From: a bacterium
Lineage (GTDB): Bacteria > Patescibacteriota > Minisyncoccia > UBA6257 > JAGOQP01
Assembly: GCA_021812345.1 (NCBI GenBank)
Contig: JAKANP010000001.1
Span: 54,979-118,978, forward strand
Direction of reading: 5' to 3'
Length of the DNA: 64,000 nt
Shown piece after piece: positions 28,526 through 38,503 of this stretch (position 1 is its first letter; every line of letters begins with the position of its first letter). The notes below the pieces were generated by a model, which saw nothing but the letters and a program-made list of their open reading frames with translations, ran no database searches and was not told where the DNA came from. The translations under genes were made by a program, and so were the position numbers.

Positions 28526-28903
28526 ATGTTAATAAGAGTTTGTTTATCAAAAATTCACAGAGCAACAGTAACCGAAGCCGATTTGAATTATGTCGGTTCA
28601 ATTACGATTGATAGCGAACTTTTGGAAAAAAGCGGAATGAGGCCTTTTCAATATGTTAATATCACCAATGTCTCAAACGGCGTTTTTTGGCAGACATATA
28701 TAATGCCGGGTAAAAAAGGAAACGGAGATATTTGCTTAAATGGCCCTCCTGCAAGGCATTTTCAACCGGGAGATAAAATTATAATTTTAGCCGAAAGTCT
28801 GGTTGAGCCGTCCGAAATGAGAGATTTAAATCAAACTATTGTCTTTGTGGATGATAAAAACAAAACAACCGAAGTTAAGATAAATAAAATGTCTCAATTA
28901 TGA
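28526..28903 (+). CDS. panD: PanD-like pyruvoyl-dependent decarboxylase (variant pocket)
   Basis: SKIHRATVT, YVG-SITID cleavage site, T57-Y58, CLNG; Arg54 replaced by Phe. Confidence 0.85.
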   Translation: MLIRVCLSKIHRATVTEADLNYVGSITIDSELLEKSGMRPFQYVNITNVSNGVFWQTYIMPGKKGNGDICLNGPPARHFQPGDKIIILAESLVEPSEMRDLNQTIVFVDDKNKTTEVKINKMSQL

Positions 28904-28910
28904 GACATTT

Positions 28911-29153
28911 TTAGTAAATAAAAGTTTCAATAACCACAATAACGTTTATAAAAAAGTTTGCCACGTTGGATATAATTATCGGTTTTTCATCATGAACAAT
29001 TCCATAGATCGTCCAAACAATGTTTGCCAATGAATAGCATATCCAAGAAAATGCCGATTTATCCAGAAAATTTTTAAGTTTTTCCGGATGAGGATAGGAT
29101 TCAAATTTTTGACTGATTCTCTTTCTTATGTTCTGATGTAAAAAAGCAAGCAT
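28911..29153 (-). pseudogene. SemiSWEET/PQ-loop-like gene apparently lacking its first TM
   Basis: YPHP...LDK joined directly to SAFSW..WTIYG..EKPIIISN; no PQ-containing helix. Confidence 0.45.
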
Positions 29154-29161
29154 AATATTAT

Positions 29162-30292
29162 TTATAAATTAAATTTTGTTTTTTCTTCTTTTAAATTTTC
29201 TATGACAGCGATTTCGAAAGGAGCTATCGGAAAAGGATTGTATTTCATTTGAGAATAAGCCGAAATTAAAGATTTGATTAAAGCGATGAGCTTGTCGCGG
29301 TTGGCTATTTTGGCATGTTGCTGAATTTTATTTATTTCCGCCTCCGCCAATTCCCGTTTGAACATTTCTTCCAAATCGGGATTCAAGCTTAACGAAAGAA
29401 CTCTTCTTAAATATTCGGTTATATCTTTATTGAATTGAAAAAGATTATATCCTTTGTTGGCAATATCATAAAGAAACTCGAGAGATTGCTTTAAATCGTT
29501 TTTTATCAACAAATCGCACATGCCGACTGTTTTTGAAAAATCCACTTTGCCTAATATTTCTTCAACGTTTGCAACCGTCAGATTTTCTCCTTTTAATGAA
29601 ATTATTTGATCCAAAAGCGATTCCGCATCGCGCAAACTTCCGTCGGCAAGATAAGCTATCATTTCAATCGCTTCTTTGGAATAAGACGTTTTTTCGTTTT
29701 TTAAAATTGTTTCAAGTTTTGACGATATCTCGCTTAAAGTAAGTTTTCTAAAGTGAAATCTTTGGGTTCTTGAAATGATTGTCGGGGGAACTTTTTCGTA
29801 TTCGGTTGTTGCTAAAATAAAAATTACATGAGTCGGCGGTTCCTCAAGAGTTTTTAAAAGCGCATTAAATGCCTGAGTGGTGAGCATGTGAACTTCGTCT
29901 ATTATAAAAACTTTGTAATTAAAAAGAGAGGGGAGTGTTTTTATATTTTCTTTTAAATCTCTTATCTCGTCTATTCCTCTGTTTGAAGCGGCATCAATTT
30001 CAACGACATCAAGCGCTTGTCCGGCGTCTATCGCCAAACATGCCTGGCATTTATTGCAAGGTTCTCCTTTTTTAGCAAATTCGGAATCTTTTTTTCTTGT
30101 TTGACAATTGGCTATTTTGGATAAAATTCTGGCAACGGTTGTTTTGCCGGTTCCTCTTGAGCCATAAAAAATGTAGGCGTGCGCCAACTTATCTTGGGCT
30201 GCCGAATTTTTAATGATAGTCGTTACATTTTCTTGGCCGATAACATCGGCTAATTTTTTCGGTCTGTATTTTCTGTAAATTGCCAATGACAT
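29162..30292 (-). CDS. dnaX: DNA polymerase III subunit gamma/tau (short form)
   Basis: YRKYRP, GSRGTGKTT, EIDAAS, IIDEVHML, LLKTLEEPP, GSLRDA. Confidence 0.96.
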   Translation of the reverse strand: MSLAIYRKYRPKKLADVIGQENVTTIIKNSAAQDKLAHAYIFYGSRGTGKTTVARILSKIANCQTRKKDSEFAKKGEPCNKCQACLAIDAGQALDVVEIDAASNRGIDEIRDLKENIKTLPSLFNYKVFIIDEVHMLTTQAFNALLKTLEEPPTHVIFILATTEYEKVPPTIISRTQRFHFRKLTLSEISSKLETILKNEKTSYSKEAIEMIAYLADGSLRDAESLLDQIISLKGENLTVANVEEILGKVDFSKTVGMCDLLIKNDLKQSLEFLYDIANKGYNLFQFNKDITEYLRRVLSLSLNPDLEEMFKRELAEAEINKIQQHAKIANRDKLIALIKSLISAYSQMKYNPFPIAPFEIAVIENLKEEKTKFNL

Positions 30293-30385
30293 GATAAATA
30301 GTATAAAACAAAAAACCACTCAAAAACAAGCGATAAAAAAACCGCTCTTCTTATTTTAAAGAGCGGGTGATTGATTAAAAGAGCG

Positions 30386-32140
30386 TCAAGAAATTAACAA
30401 TTCAAAATCATCAATCATTTTTTTGATTATATTAAATCCGTCTTGCCAAAACTTGTTTGATTTTATATTGATTCTTGCTCTTGCAAGAATTTCCATCGGA
30501 TAAGCGGATCCGCCGGCAGATAATATTTTCAAAATATTTTTAGCGTATTTGGGTCCGTTCTTTTTAAATCTGTTAAAAAGATGCAGGGCAATTATTTCAT
30601 TTACGGCGTAAGAGTAAATCCAAAACGGATTTTCAAAAAAATGAGGAATAGTCATCCATTCCCACCTGAATTTTTGGGGGACCGATATTTTTTCTCCGAA
30701 TTGTTCTTTAATCAAAGCAAGATATTCCTCATTCATTATTTTCAGATTATTGCTGTCTTTTGTTATATTCCCAAACGTTTTTTCTTCCCAGATTGCCAGA
30801 TAGCCCATCTTAAAAATTAATGTAAGGATATTGTCGAGCATTGACCCTAAAATATAAATCTTATCTTTCACCTCATTAGTTTCGGAAAATAATTTATCAA
30901 AAACGATAAGTTCGGACAAAGACGAAGATAATTCCATCAAAAATATTGACGGTTCGCGAACGACAAATTTGTGATGACCGGAAAGGTCATCGTGGACAGC
31001 ATGCCCGACTTCATGAGAAAGAATAATCAAGCTTTCCAGGTCTTTGTTAAAAACAACGTTTATGTATGACGGAATTCTGTTTGAAACCGAAACGGTAAAA
31101 TTCATCGGGAATTTGCCTTGTCTGTTCTGGGCGTCGATATGATTTGAATCAAAAATTTTTTTAGCCGAATTTCCATAAACCGGAGAAAAGTCAAAAAATG
31201 ATTTTAAGATGATTTTTTTGGCTTGAAAAAAATCTATTTTTCTCATCGATGCCGGAACTTTAAATGGAATATTCAGATCATAAGCGGTTGCCTTTTTTAA
31301 TTTAAGAAGTTTTGATTTCAGTTCAAAATATTGCTGGAAAATAGAGATGTTTTTTCTGATTAATGTAAACATCTGATCCAAAATGGCTTTTGAAATGTAA
31401 TTTTGGCTTACTCCTTTTTTCTTTTCTCCGATGATGTCTTTTATGATGATTTCATAAATATAAGACAGTGTCGGACCGATTCCATTTTCAAATTCTTCAA
31501 AATACTCGTCGTAAGCCCGTTTTCTGAGTTTCTTATTTCCAGAATAAAAATACGATTCAATTTCTTCAACTGTAAGAATCTTCGTTTCATCTCCAACCTT
31601 GAGCTTGAATTTCAGATTTTTTATGAGCAAAGAATATATTTGTTTCAACGATTTAACTCCGATATTTTTTTCGGAAATCAAATTACCATCCGTTTGCCTA
31701 ACAGCTAACTCGTTTTGGCGTATTTGTCTTAATTCGTGCTTAAAATCTTTTCCGGCCAAAGACATTAATCTTTTGGCGTTTTGTTCATCGAGTTTTTTCC
31801 ACCATCGGTCAAAAAATATAAGGCGGTCATCAAAATTATTCAGTATCTTTTCCGTGTCGGTTTTGTTTTTATTTGTTTCCAAATCAAAAACATTTTCACC
31901 TTGCTTAATTTCAAAATAAGCGTCAATTATGTTTTTTTGTTGATGATATAAGTCGATGAGTTTTAACAATTTTAAGAAATTTTTTGAAGAAATGTTTTTT
32001 CTTAATTTATTTTTATAGCTTTCTATAGATAGAACATTTTTCTCCAAATTAAAAATCGCTTTCTCGATAAAATTCGGATTATTTTCATCAAAAATATCAT
32101 TTAAGTTCCAACGGGGCAAAGATTTTGTGTTCGCCCTCAT
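30386..32140 (-). CDS. pepF: oligoendopeptidase F (M3B)
   Basis: LPRWNLNDI, HEVGH, IPHFF..PFWIYSY, LSAGGS. Confidence 0.85.
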   Translation of the reverse strand: MRANTKSLPRWNLNDIFDENNPNFIEKAIFNLEKNVLSIESYKNKLRKNISSKNFLKLLKLIDLYHQQKNIIDAYFEIKQGENVFDLETNKNKTDTEKILNNFDDRLIFFDRWWKKLDEQNAKRLMSLAGKDFKHELRQIRQNELAVRQTDGNLISEKNIGVKSLKQIYSLLIKNLKFKLKVGDETKILTVEEIESYFYSGNKKLRKRAYDEYFEEFENGIGPTLSYIYEIIIKDIIGEKKKGVSQNYISKAILDQMFTLIRKNISIFQQYFELKSKLLKLKKATAYDLNIPFKVPASMRKIDFFQAKKIILKSFFDFSPVYGNSAKKIFDSNHIDAQNRQGKFPMNFTVSVSNRIPSYINVVFNKDLESLIILSHEVGHAVHDDLSGHHKFVVREPSIFLMELSSSLSELIVFDKLFSETNEVKDKIYILGSMLDNILTLIFKMGYLAIWEEKTFGNITKDSNNLKIMNEEYLALIKEQFGEKISVPQKFRWEWMTIPHFFENPFWIYSYAVNEIIALHLFNRFKKNGPKYAKNILKILSAGGSAYPMEILARARINIKSNKFWQDGFNIIKKMIDDFELLIS

Positions 32141-32253
32141 TTTCCCCTCCTTTTCAAGGTTCTAATTAAATGTTTATTTAATATCTTGCCGTTGTCAACG
32201 GCTTGCTAAATTTAATTGAATTTGACGCTTTTTTGAGTTAGAATTGATATATT

Positions 32254-33003
32254 ATGTATCAGGTAAAAACCGAAGCGTTTTCAGGGCCGTTAGAGAAGCT
32301 TCTGGAGATGATTGAAGAGAAAAAAATGGATATAACCAGGATTAGTTTGGCTGAAGTTACCGCCGATTTTATTTCTTATGTTGAATCGCTTAAATCTAAA
32401 ATAGATAATTTTGAAGAAGGAAACGAGGAAGAAAAGAAAACCGAATCATTGCGGATGTTGGCCGATTTTTTGACGGTCGCTTCGCAATTAATTCTGATTA
32501 AATCCAAAGCATTGCTTCCGGAATTGGTTTTGTCCCAAGAGGAAGAGGATGAAATAAATAATCTTGAAATGCGTCTTAAGATATACAGCCAATTGAAACC
32601 GATGTTTGCCCTTACAAAGAAATATTGGATTGAATCCAATCGGTTGCATTCGCGAACAATGTTGATGTCTGTGGAGCCCGTTTTCTATCCGCCCAAAGAA
32701 ATGAAACTTGAATTTTTAAAATCCGCTCTTGATAAGATTCTGAATTCTTTGGGTTCATTTTTTTTGGATACGGAAAAAATAAAAAAACAATTATTTTCTT
32801 TGGAGGATAAGATTGCCGAATTAACCAAAAAAATAAAATCCGGAATATCCAAATTTTCTCAGGTGATAACCAATAAAAACAAAGAAGAGGTGGTAGTGAT
32901 GTTTTTGGCGTTGCTTCATCTTTTGAGAGAAAATGCTTTTACCGCTTCTCAAAACAGCGCTTTCGAAGAAATAAGTATTGAGAATAGTCCCAATTTAAGT
33001 TAG
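32254..33003 (+). CDS. scpA: segregation/condensation protein A
   Basis: FSGPLEKLL, IKSKALLP, FLALLHL. Confidence 0.92.
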   Translation: MYQVKTEAFSGPLEKLLEMIEEKKMDITRISLAEVTADFISYVESLKSKIDNFEEGNEEEKKTESLRMLADFLTVASQLILIKSKALLPELVLSQEEEDEINNLEMRLKIYSQLKPMFALTKKYWIESNRLHSRTMLMSVEPVFYPPKEMKLEFLKSALDKILNSLGSFFLDTEKIKKQLFSLEDKIAELTKKIKSGISKFSQVITNKNKEEVVVMFLALLHLLRENAFTASQNSAFEEISIENSPNLS

Positions 33004-33015
33004 AATTTAAATTAA

Positions 33016-33654
33016 ATGCTTCAAGAAGAAATTAAAAATATTGTCGGTCCGTTGGAAGCCCTGCTTTTTATTTTTGGAGAACCGCTTGATTCAAAAAAAA
33101 TAGCCGATGTTTTAAAAACCGACGAAGAAAAAGTGAAAACCGCCGCCAAGGAACTTTCCGATATTTTATCTAACGATTCAAATAGGGGAATCGTTTTAAT
33201 TGAAAATAGCGGGAAATATATGCTGGCCACAAAACCTCAATATTCGGCATTGGTTGAAAAATTTATCACGGACGATTTAAAAGAGGATTTAAGTCCGGCA
33301 TCTTTGGAGACTCTTTCAATCATCGCTTATTTTGGTCCGGCAACGAGAGCTCAGATAGATTATTTAAGAGGCGTTAATTCAAGTTATATTTTAAGAAATC
33401 TGCTTATAAGAGGACTGATAAACAGAAAATCAAAGGGAAATGCTTTTGAATACGAGGTAAGTTTTGATTTCTTGAAATTTATGGGGATAGACAATGTCGA
33501 AAAAATGCCTCAATATCAGGAGTATCAAAAATTAAAAGAACAATATTTTTCACCAAAACCGGAGTCGGAAAACTTTTCGGAAATTAACAATGAATCAAAA
33601 CCGGAAAATAAAGAATCTCAAGATATTTCTTTAAGTCCTGAAAATAAAAATTAA
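33016..33654 (+). CDS. scpB: segregation/condensation protein B
   Basis: LEALLF, SLETLSIIAY, IDYLRGVNS. Confidence 0.93.
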   Translation: MLQEEIKNIVGPLEALLFIFGEPLDSKKIADVLKTDEEKVKTAAKELSDILSNDSNRGIVLIENSGKYMLATKPQYSALVEKFITDDLKEDLSPASLETLSIIAYFGPATRAQIDYLRGVNSSYILRNLLIRGLINRKSKGNAFEYEVSFDFLKFMGIDNVEKMPQYQEYQKLKEQYFSPKPESENFSEINNESKPENKESQDISLSPENKN

Positions 33655-33666
33655 TTTTTAATTAAG

Positions 33667-34722
33667 ATGAGATATCAAGCATTGGCGCTTTTATTAATAG
33701 TTCTTGTTTCTTCTTATTTATTTAGGGAGAATTCGGTTTTTTCTCAAAGCGGAAATGGATTAAGCCAGCTTTCGGCGACTGCCGTTGATACTATTAATTT
33801 AAATTCCTCGCCCCAGTCGATTCAGCAAAGTGAAAACACAATAAGTTCAACCGAATCTTTGATATTAAAAGATAAAGAAACGCCATCAACATCGTCGGTT
33901 GTTTCTCAAATTTCTCCATCGGAACCGATTGATAATTCCACCAGAATTGAAAATGCGATGATTGAAAAACCGATAATTGAGAATTCATCTTCAACTCCAA
34001 ATAGTTTGTGCGCTCCGGTTACCGCTAAAATTTATATCGCTCAAACGATTGACGGAGGAAATGTTCTCTATGAAAAAAATTCTCAGAACAGATGGCCAAT
34101 AGCTTCTGTCTCAAAATTAATGACTGCAGTTATAGCGCTTGAAAATTTAAATCAGTCGGACAAAGTTACCATAACCCAAAAAGAAATTGACGATACCGGA
34201 GGAAATAATACTCTTATGGCAGGAGATACTTTTACCATAAGCAGTTTGGTAAGAGCTTTGCTTATTGTTTCCAGCAATGACGCCGCCTATGCTCTGGCTG
34301 ATGCTATGGGACAAGATGCCTTTGTTCAGAAAATGAATGAAAAAGCCAAAGAAATTTCTATGTCTCAGACAACATATTTTGAACCATCGGGACTTTCTTA
34401 TTTGAATCAATCAACCGCTCATGATTTATATTCATTATTGATTTACATACAAAAACACGACCCTTTGATATTGGATATAACCAGAATCAAAACTTTGACA
34501 ATAAAAAATTTAGCCAAAGGAATGCAGGATAAAAAACTTGTCAATATAAACGAATTTGCCGGAAGAAACGATTTTTTTGGAGGGAAAACCGGATTTATAG
34601 ACCAGTCGGGAGGCAATCTTGTTTCTTTATTTAAAAAAGACGGCAAGATGGTTTATGTAGGAGTACTGGGAAGTTCCGATAGATTTAATGACAGCTTGGC
34701 GATATTATCTTGCATTCAATAA
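33667..34722 (+). CDS. D-alanyl-D-alanine carboxypeptidase (S11)
   Basis: SVSK (SxxK), SSN (SxN), KTG motifs; signal/TM and Ser-rich linker. Confidence 0.88.
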   Translation: MRYQALALLLIVLVSSYLFRENSVFSQSGNGLSQLSATAVDTINLNSSPQSIQQSENTISSTESLILKDKETPSTSSVVSQISPSEPIDNSTRIENAMIEKPIIENSSSTPNSLCAPVTAKIYIAQTIDGGNVLYEKNSQNRWPIASVSKLMTAVIALENLNQSDKVTITQKEIDDTGGNNTLMAGDTFTISSLVRALLIVSSNDAAYALADAMGQDAFVQKMNEKAKEISMSQTTYFEPSGLSYLNQSTAHDLYSLLIYIQKHDPLILDITRIKTLTIKNLAKGMQDKKLVNINEFAGRNDFFGGKTGFIDQSGGNLVSLFKKDGKMVYVGVLGSSDRFNDSLAILSCIQ

Positions 34723-34723
34723 T

Positions 34724-35776
34724 ATGACTTTAAGTTTTTTAGCAACAAAAGTTTTAATTCTTACGGCGTTATCTTTTTTTACCGCTTTATTTTTGACTCC
34801 ATTAGTTTCCAAATTTCTTTATAAATATAAGGCCGGCAAACAAATTAGAAAAAGTGAAGACGCTCCGGTTTATAATTCTCTTCATCAAAAAAAAGAAGGA
34901 ACGCCGACAATGGGAGGAATAATAATTTGGGTGACGGTTCTCGGTCTTTCGGGAATTTTATTTTTGTTGAGTTTGTTTTTTGACGGAGATTTTTCAAGAT
35001 TGAATATTATAGAAAGATCTCAAACTTATCTTCCAATCGCCGCAATGTTGATAGCGGCGCTTTTGGGTTTGATTGACGATATTTTAGGAATAAAGAAAAA
35101 AGGTCCTAACGGAGGCGGAATGGCAATGAGACAAAAAATAATTATTTATTTGGCGATTGCCTTGGTTGGAGCTTATTGGTTTGCGGCAAAACTCGGATGG
35201 TCAACTCTTTATATTCCTTTTGCCGGAAGCGTTGAAATCGACGGATGGTATATTCCTATTTTTATTTTTGCCATAGTTGCCACCGCTTTTTCCGCCAATG
35301 AAACTGACGGACTTGATGGACTGCTGGGTGGAACATCGCTTTTTACATTCGGTTCTTTGGCGGTTGTCTCTTTTGCTTTGGGGAGATATGAATTAGCTTC
35401 TTTTTCGGCAATGATTATCGGAGCTTTGCTTGCTTTTTTGTGGTTCAATATTTATCCGGCAAGATTTTTTATGGGAGATACCGGCTCAATGGCCTTGGGA
35501 ATAACAATGGGCGTTATAGCTATGTTAACAAACACTCTTTTATTTTTGCCGTTTTTTGCTCCAATTTTGGTTTTGGAATCTCTTTCGGTTATAATTCAAA
35601 TGATATCCAAAAAATTTTTCAAAAAGAAAATTTTTATATCCACCCCCATTCACCATCATTTTGAAGCTCTCGGCTGGCCGGAATCTCGAGTGACGATGAG
35701 ATTTTGGATAGTGTCCGCAATTTCCAACGGATTGGGATTGGTTCTATTCTTTCTTTCGCGAATAATGCTACACTAA
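34724..35776 (+). CDS. mraY: phospho-N-acetylmuramoyl-pentapeptide transferase
   Basis: KEGTPTMGG, IDD, ETDGLDGL, FMGDTGS, PIHHHFE. Confidence 0.97.
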   Translation: MTLSFLATKVLILTALSFFTALFLTPLVSKFLYKYKAGKQIRKSEDAPVYNSLHQKKEGTPTMGGIIIWVTVLGLSGILFLLSLFFDGDFSRLNIIERSQTYLPIAAMLIAALLGLIDDILGIKKKGPNGGGMAMRQKIIIYLAIALVGAYWFAAKLGWSTLYIPFAGSVEIDGWYIPIFIFAIVATAFSANETDGLDGLLGGTSLFTFGSLAVVSFALGRYELASFSAMIIGALLAFLWFNIYPARFFMGDTGSMALGITMGVIAMLTNTLLFLPFFAPILVLESLSVIIQMISKKFFKKKIFISTPIHHHFEALGWPESRVTMRFWIVSAISNGLGLVLFFLSRIMLH

Positions 35777-35781
35777 TATAT

Positions 35782-37302
35782 ATGATAACTCTTATCAAAA
35801 ATGTAATTATCGTTGATGGCAGTGGCAAGCCTCCGATAAAAGGGGATGTTTTAGTAAGAGAAGAAAAAATTTTAGCCATAGGAAGTTTTCCTCAATATAA
35901 AGCGGATAAAGTTATTTTAGGAAATGAAGGATATTTGTTTCCCGGTTTCATAGACCCGAATGTGAGTTCCGACAGATATCTTACGATGTTTTTATCTCCG
36001 CTTCACAAAGATTTTCTGCTTCAAGGAGTGACCAGCGCCGTTATCGGTCAATGCGGTTTTTCACTTGCTCCGTCTTTTTACGGAAAAAATTTGGAACATA
36101 TAGAAAGTTGGGCTAAATCAAGTCATATAAATATAAATTGGAAAAGCGTCGCCGAGTTTTTGAAAGTTATCGAAAATTACGGGATGGGAATAAATATCGG
36201 AACTCTTGTCGGACATGAAATCATCAGAGAAGATATATTAAAAGATCCGAACGAAAAATTCAGAAACTTAAGTTCAAACGAATTGAGAGTTTTCAGATCT
36301 ATTTTGGAAAAATCGTTAAAAGAAGGAGCTTTGGGCTTATCTACCGGATTAGGTTATTATCCTTATCAAGAAACAAGTTATTACGAAATCAGAGCTCTTT
36401 TGGATGTATTAAAAGAATATAAAGGAATTTATGCCACTCATTTGAGAAATGAACGGGAAAAACTTTTTGATTCGGTGGATGAAACAATTAAAGTGAGCCA
36501 AGAGATGTCGGTAACTTCTATAATCAGTCATTTCAGACCGCTTATCGGTTTTGAGGATCAATATGAAAAATCGTTAAATGCAATTGAGGAAAAATCTTCA
36601 AAATCAAATGTTTATTTTGATATCAATCCGTTTAATTTCAGCGCCACTTCTTTAAGTGTCTTTTTGCCGGATTTTATTAAAGACAATGACAATGCTGTTG
36701 TTTTGGAAAAAATATCCAATAAAGACATACTCAAAAAACTTGCATCCAGCATGCCCAAGATTGATCCGCAAAAAATGATAATTTTAAATGCCCCATCTCT
36801 TGAGTTTCTTAACGGAAAAACTCTTTATGAGTTTGCAAAAAATCGGGAGCTTGGGTCTTCTCAAGCATTGATTAAGTTGATGGAAATAACAAAACTCAAT
36901 GGCGTAGTACTTTATGAAAATCTTAATCAGCAGGAAGTTTCAAAAGCGATTTTCAGTTCGCGTTCGCTGATTTCAACCAATAGTCCGAACTTTGATAATG
37001 TTTTTGGAACATTCAAACCGGAGAGGGCTTATAAAACATTCACGACGTATTTGAAAGAATCGGATAAAAATAAAATCTCTATTGAAAAATCGGTTGCTAA
37101 AATAACCGGTCTTCCGGCATCTATTTTTAATTTGGATGGAAGGGGATTTGTAAGCGCCGGATATTTTGCCGACTTATCTTTATTTACAAAAGATTTTGAC
37201 GCTTCCTTGGTTATGGTTAATGGAAAAATTATGGTTGAAGACGGAAATATTGTTGTTTCGGGTCAAAAGGGAAACGGAAAGATTTTGAGAAAAAATAAAT
37301 AA
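35782..37302 (+). CDS. D-aminoacylase-like amidohydrolase with degenerate active site
   Basis: PGFID, QGVT..GQCG, GLSTGL, YATHLRNE, ISHF, GYFADL; HxH and catalytic Asp missing. Confidence 0.8.
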   Translation: MITLIKNVIIVDGSGKPPIKGDVLVREEKILAIGSFPQYKADKVILGNEGYLFPGFIDPNVSSDRYLTMFLSPLHKDFLLQGVTSAVIGQCGFSLAPSFYGKNLEHIESWAKSSHININWKSVAEFLKVIENYGMGINIGTLVGHEIIREDILKDPNEKFRNLSSNELRVFRSILEKSLKEGALGLSTGLGYYPYQETSYYEIRALLDVLKEYKGIYATHLRNEREKLFDSVDETIKVSQEMSVTSIISHFRPLIGFEDQYEKSLNAIEEKSSKSNVYFDINPFNFSATSLSVFLPDFIKDNDNAVVLEKISNKDILKKLASSMPKIDPQKMIILNAPSLEFLNGKTLYEFAKNRELGSSQALIKLMEITKLNGVVLYENLNQQEVSKAIFSSRSLISTNSPNFDNVFGTFKPERAYKTFTTYLKESDKNKISIEKSVAKITGLPASIFNLDGRGFVSAGYFADLSLFTKDFDASLVMVNGKIMVEDGNIVVSGQKGNGKILRKNK

Positions 37303-37304
37303 AA

Positions 37305-38471
37305 ATGGCCAAAGGATTTTTTTCGATAAAATCGGAGCACAAACCGAATTATATTTTTTTACTTGTCTCGCTTTTTTTGTTGCTTGCGGGTTTTATAGCC
37401 TTGGCTTCCGCGTCTTCCGACATCGGGAAGATTCGTTTTAATAACACTTACTATTATTTGTTTGAACAGCTTATAAAAGGACTTATTCCCGGGCTTGTCG
37501 GATTTTTTGCCGGATATCTTATTTATTACAGAAAAATAAAAAAAGCTTCTTTATATTTATTTTTAATCAATTTGGTTTTATTGGTATTGGTTTTTGTTCC
37601 TAAAATAGGAATCAATGCCAATGGATCAAGACGATGGATTGGTTTTGGCTCGTTTTCTTTTCAACCGTCGGAACTTTTAAAAATAACTTATATTCTTTAT
37701 ATTGCTTCTTTATTTTCCGGGCAAAGAATTAAAAAATTGAGCAATTCTTCCGGTGGATGGAAAAATTATGGAATATTTTTTGCTGTTTCGGCTATCGTGG
37801 GGGCATTAATATTTTTTGAACCGGCAACAACAATGGCTTTAGTTCTGCTCGTTTCCGGAATGGTGGTTTATTTTTTAAGCGGAAAATCTTTAAAGCAAAT
37901 TGTATCCCAAATAATTTTATCCGGAGCGGTAGCTATTTTGGCAATTATTGCTTTGTCGATAATAACTCCATACAGAATGGCAAGAATAGTTCCATTTTGG
38001 AACGATATTGCTCAAAAATTTTTTCCTTCGGCAGTTGTTAAAACGGAAAACACGGACACTTATCATTTAAATCAGGCCTTGATGGCAATAGGCACCGGAG
38101 GTGTTAGCGGAGTCGGCTTTGGCAATTCAACCAGTAAGTACAGTATTCTTCCCGAACCGATGGGGGATTCAATTTTTGCCGTCATTGCCGAAGAGTTTGG
38201 ATTTGCCGGTTCTTTGGTTCTAATTTTTGCTTATTTTTTGTTATTTTGGCAATCGATAAGAATCGCCCAAAAAAGCAACGACGATTTTGCGCGTCTTACC
38301 GTTGTCGGGTTTGCCTCTATTTTAGCGATGCAAACTATAATTCACATAGGAGCCAATACGGGGCTATTGCCGTATACCGGAGTGCCGTTGCCGTTTATCA
38401 GTTATGGAGGAACATCTTTAGCAATAACTCTTACAATGACCGGAATAATCGCAAATATTTCAAAATACTAA
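37305..38471 (+). CDS. ftsW: SEDS peptidoglycan polymerase FtsW
   Basis: NGSRRWI, FQPSE, LPEPMGDSIF, TGVPLPFISYGG; upstream of murG. Confidence 0.92.
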   Translation: MAKGFFSIKSEHKPNYIFLLVSLFLLLAGFIALASASSDIGKIRFNNTYYYLFEQLIKGLIPGLVGFFAGYLIYYRKIKKASLYLFLINLVLLVLVFVPKIGINANGSRRWIGFGSFSFQPSELLKITYILYIASLFSGQRIKKLSNSSGGWKNYGIFFAVSAIVGALIFFEPATTMALVLLVSGMVVYFLSGKSLKQIVSQIILSGAVAILAIIALSIITPYRMARIVPFWNDIAQKFFPSAVVKTENTDTYHLNQALMAIGTGGVSGVGFGNSTSKYSILPEPMGDSIFAVIAEEFGFAGSLVLIFAYFLLFWQSIRIAQKSNDDFARLTVVGFASILAMQTIIHIGANTGLLPYTGVPLPFISYGGTSLAITLTMTGIIANISKY

Positions 38472-38503
38472 ATTTTTTATCGTTTTTTTGTTATTATTAA
38501 AAT

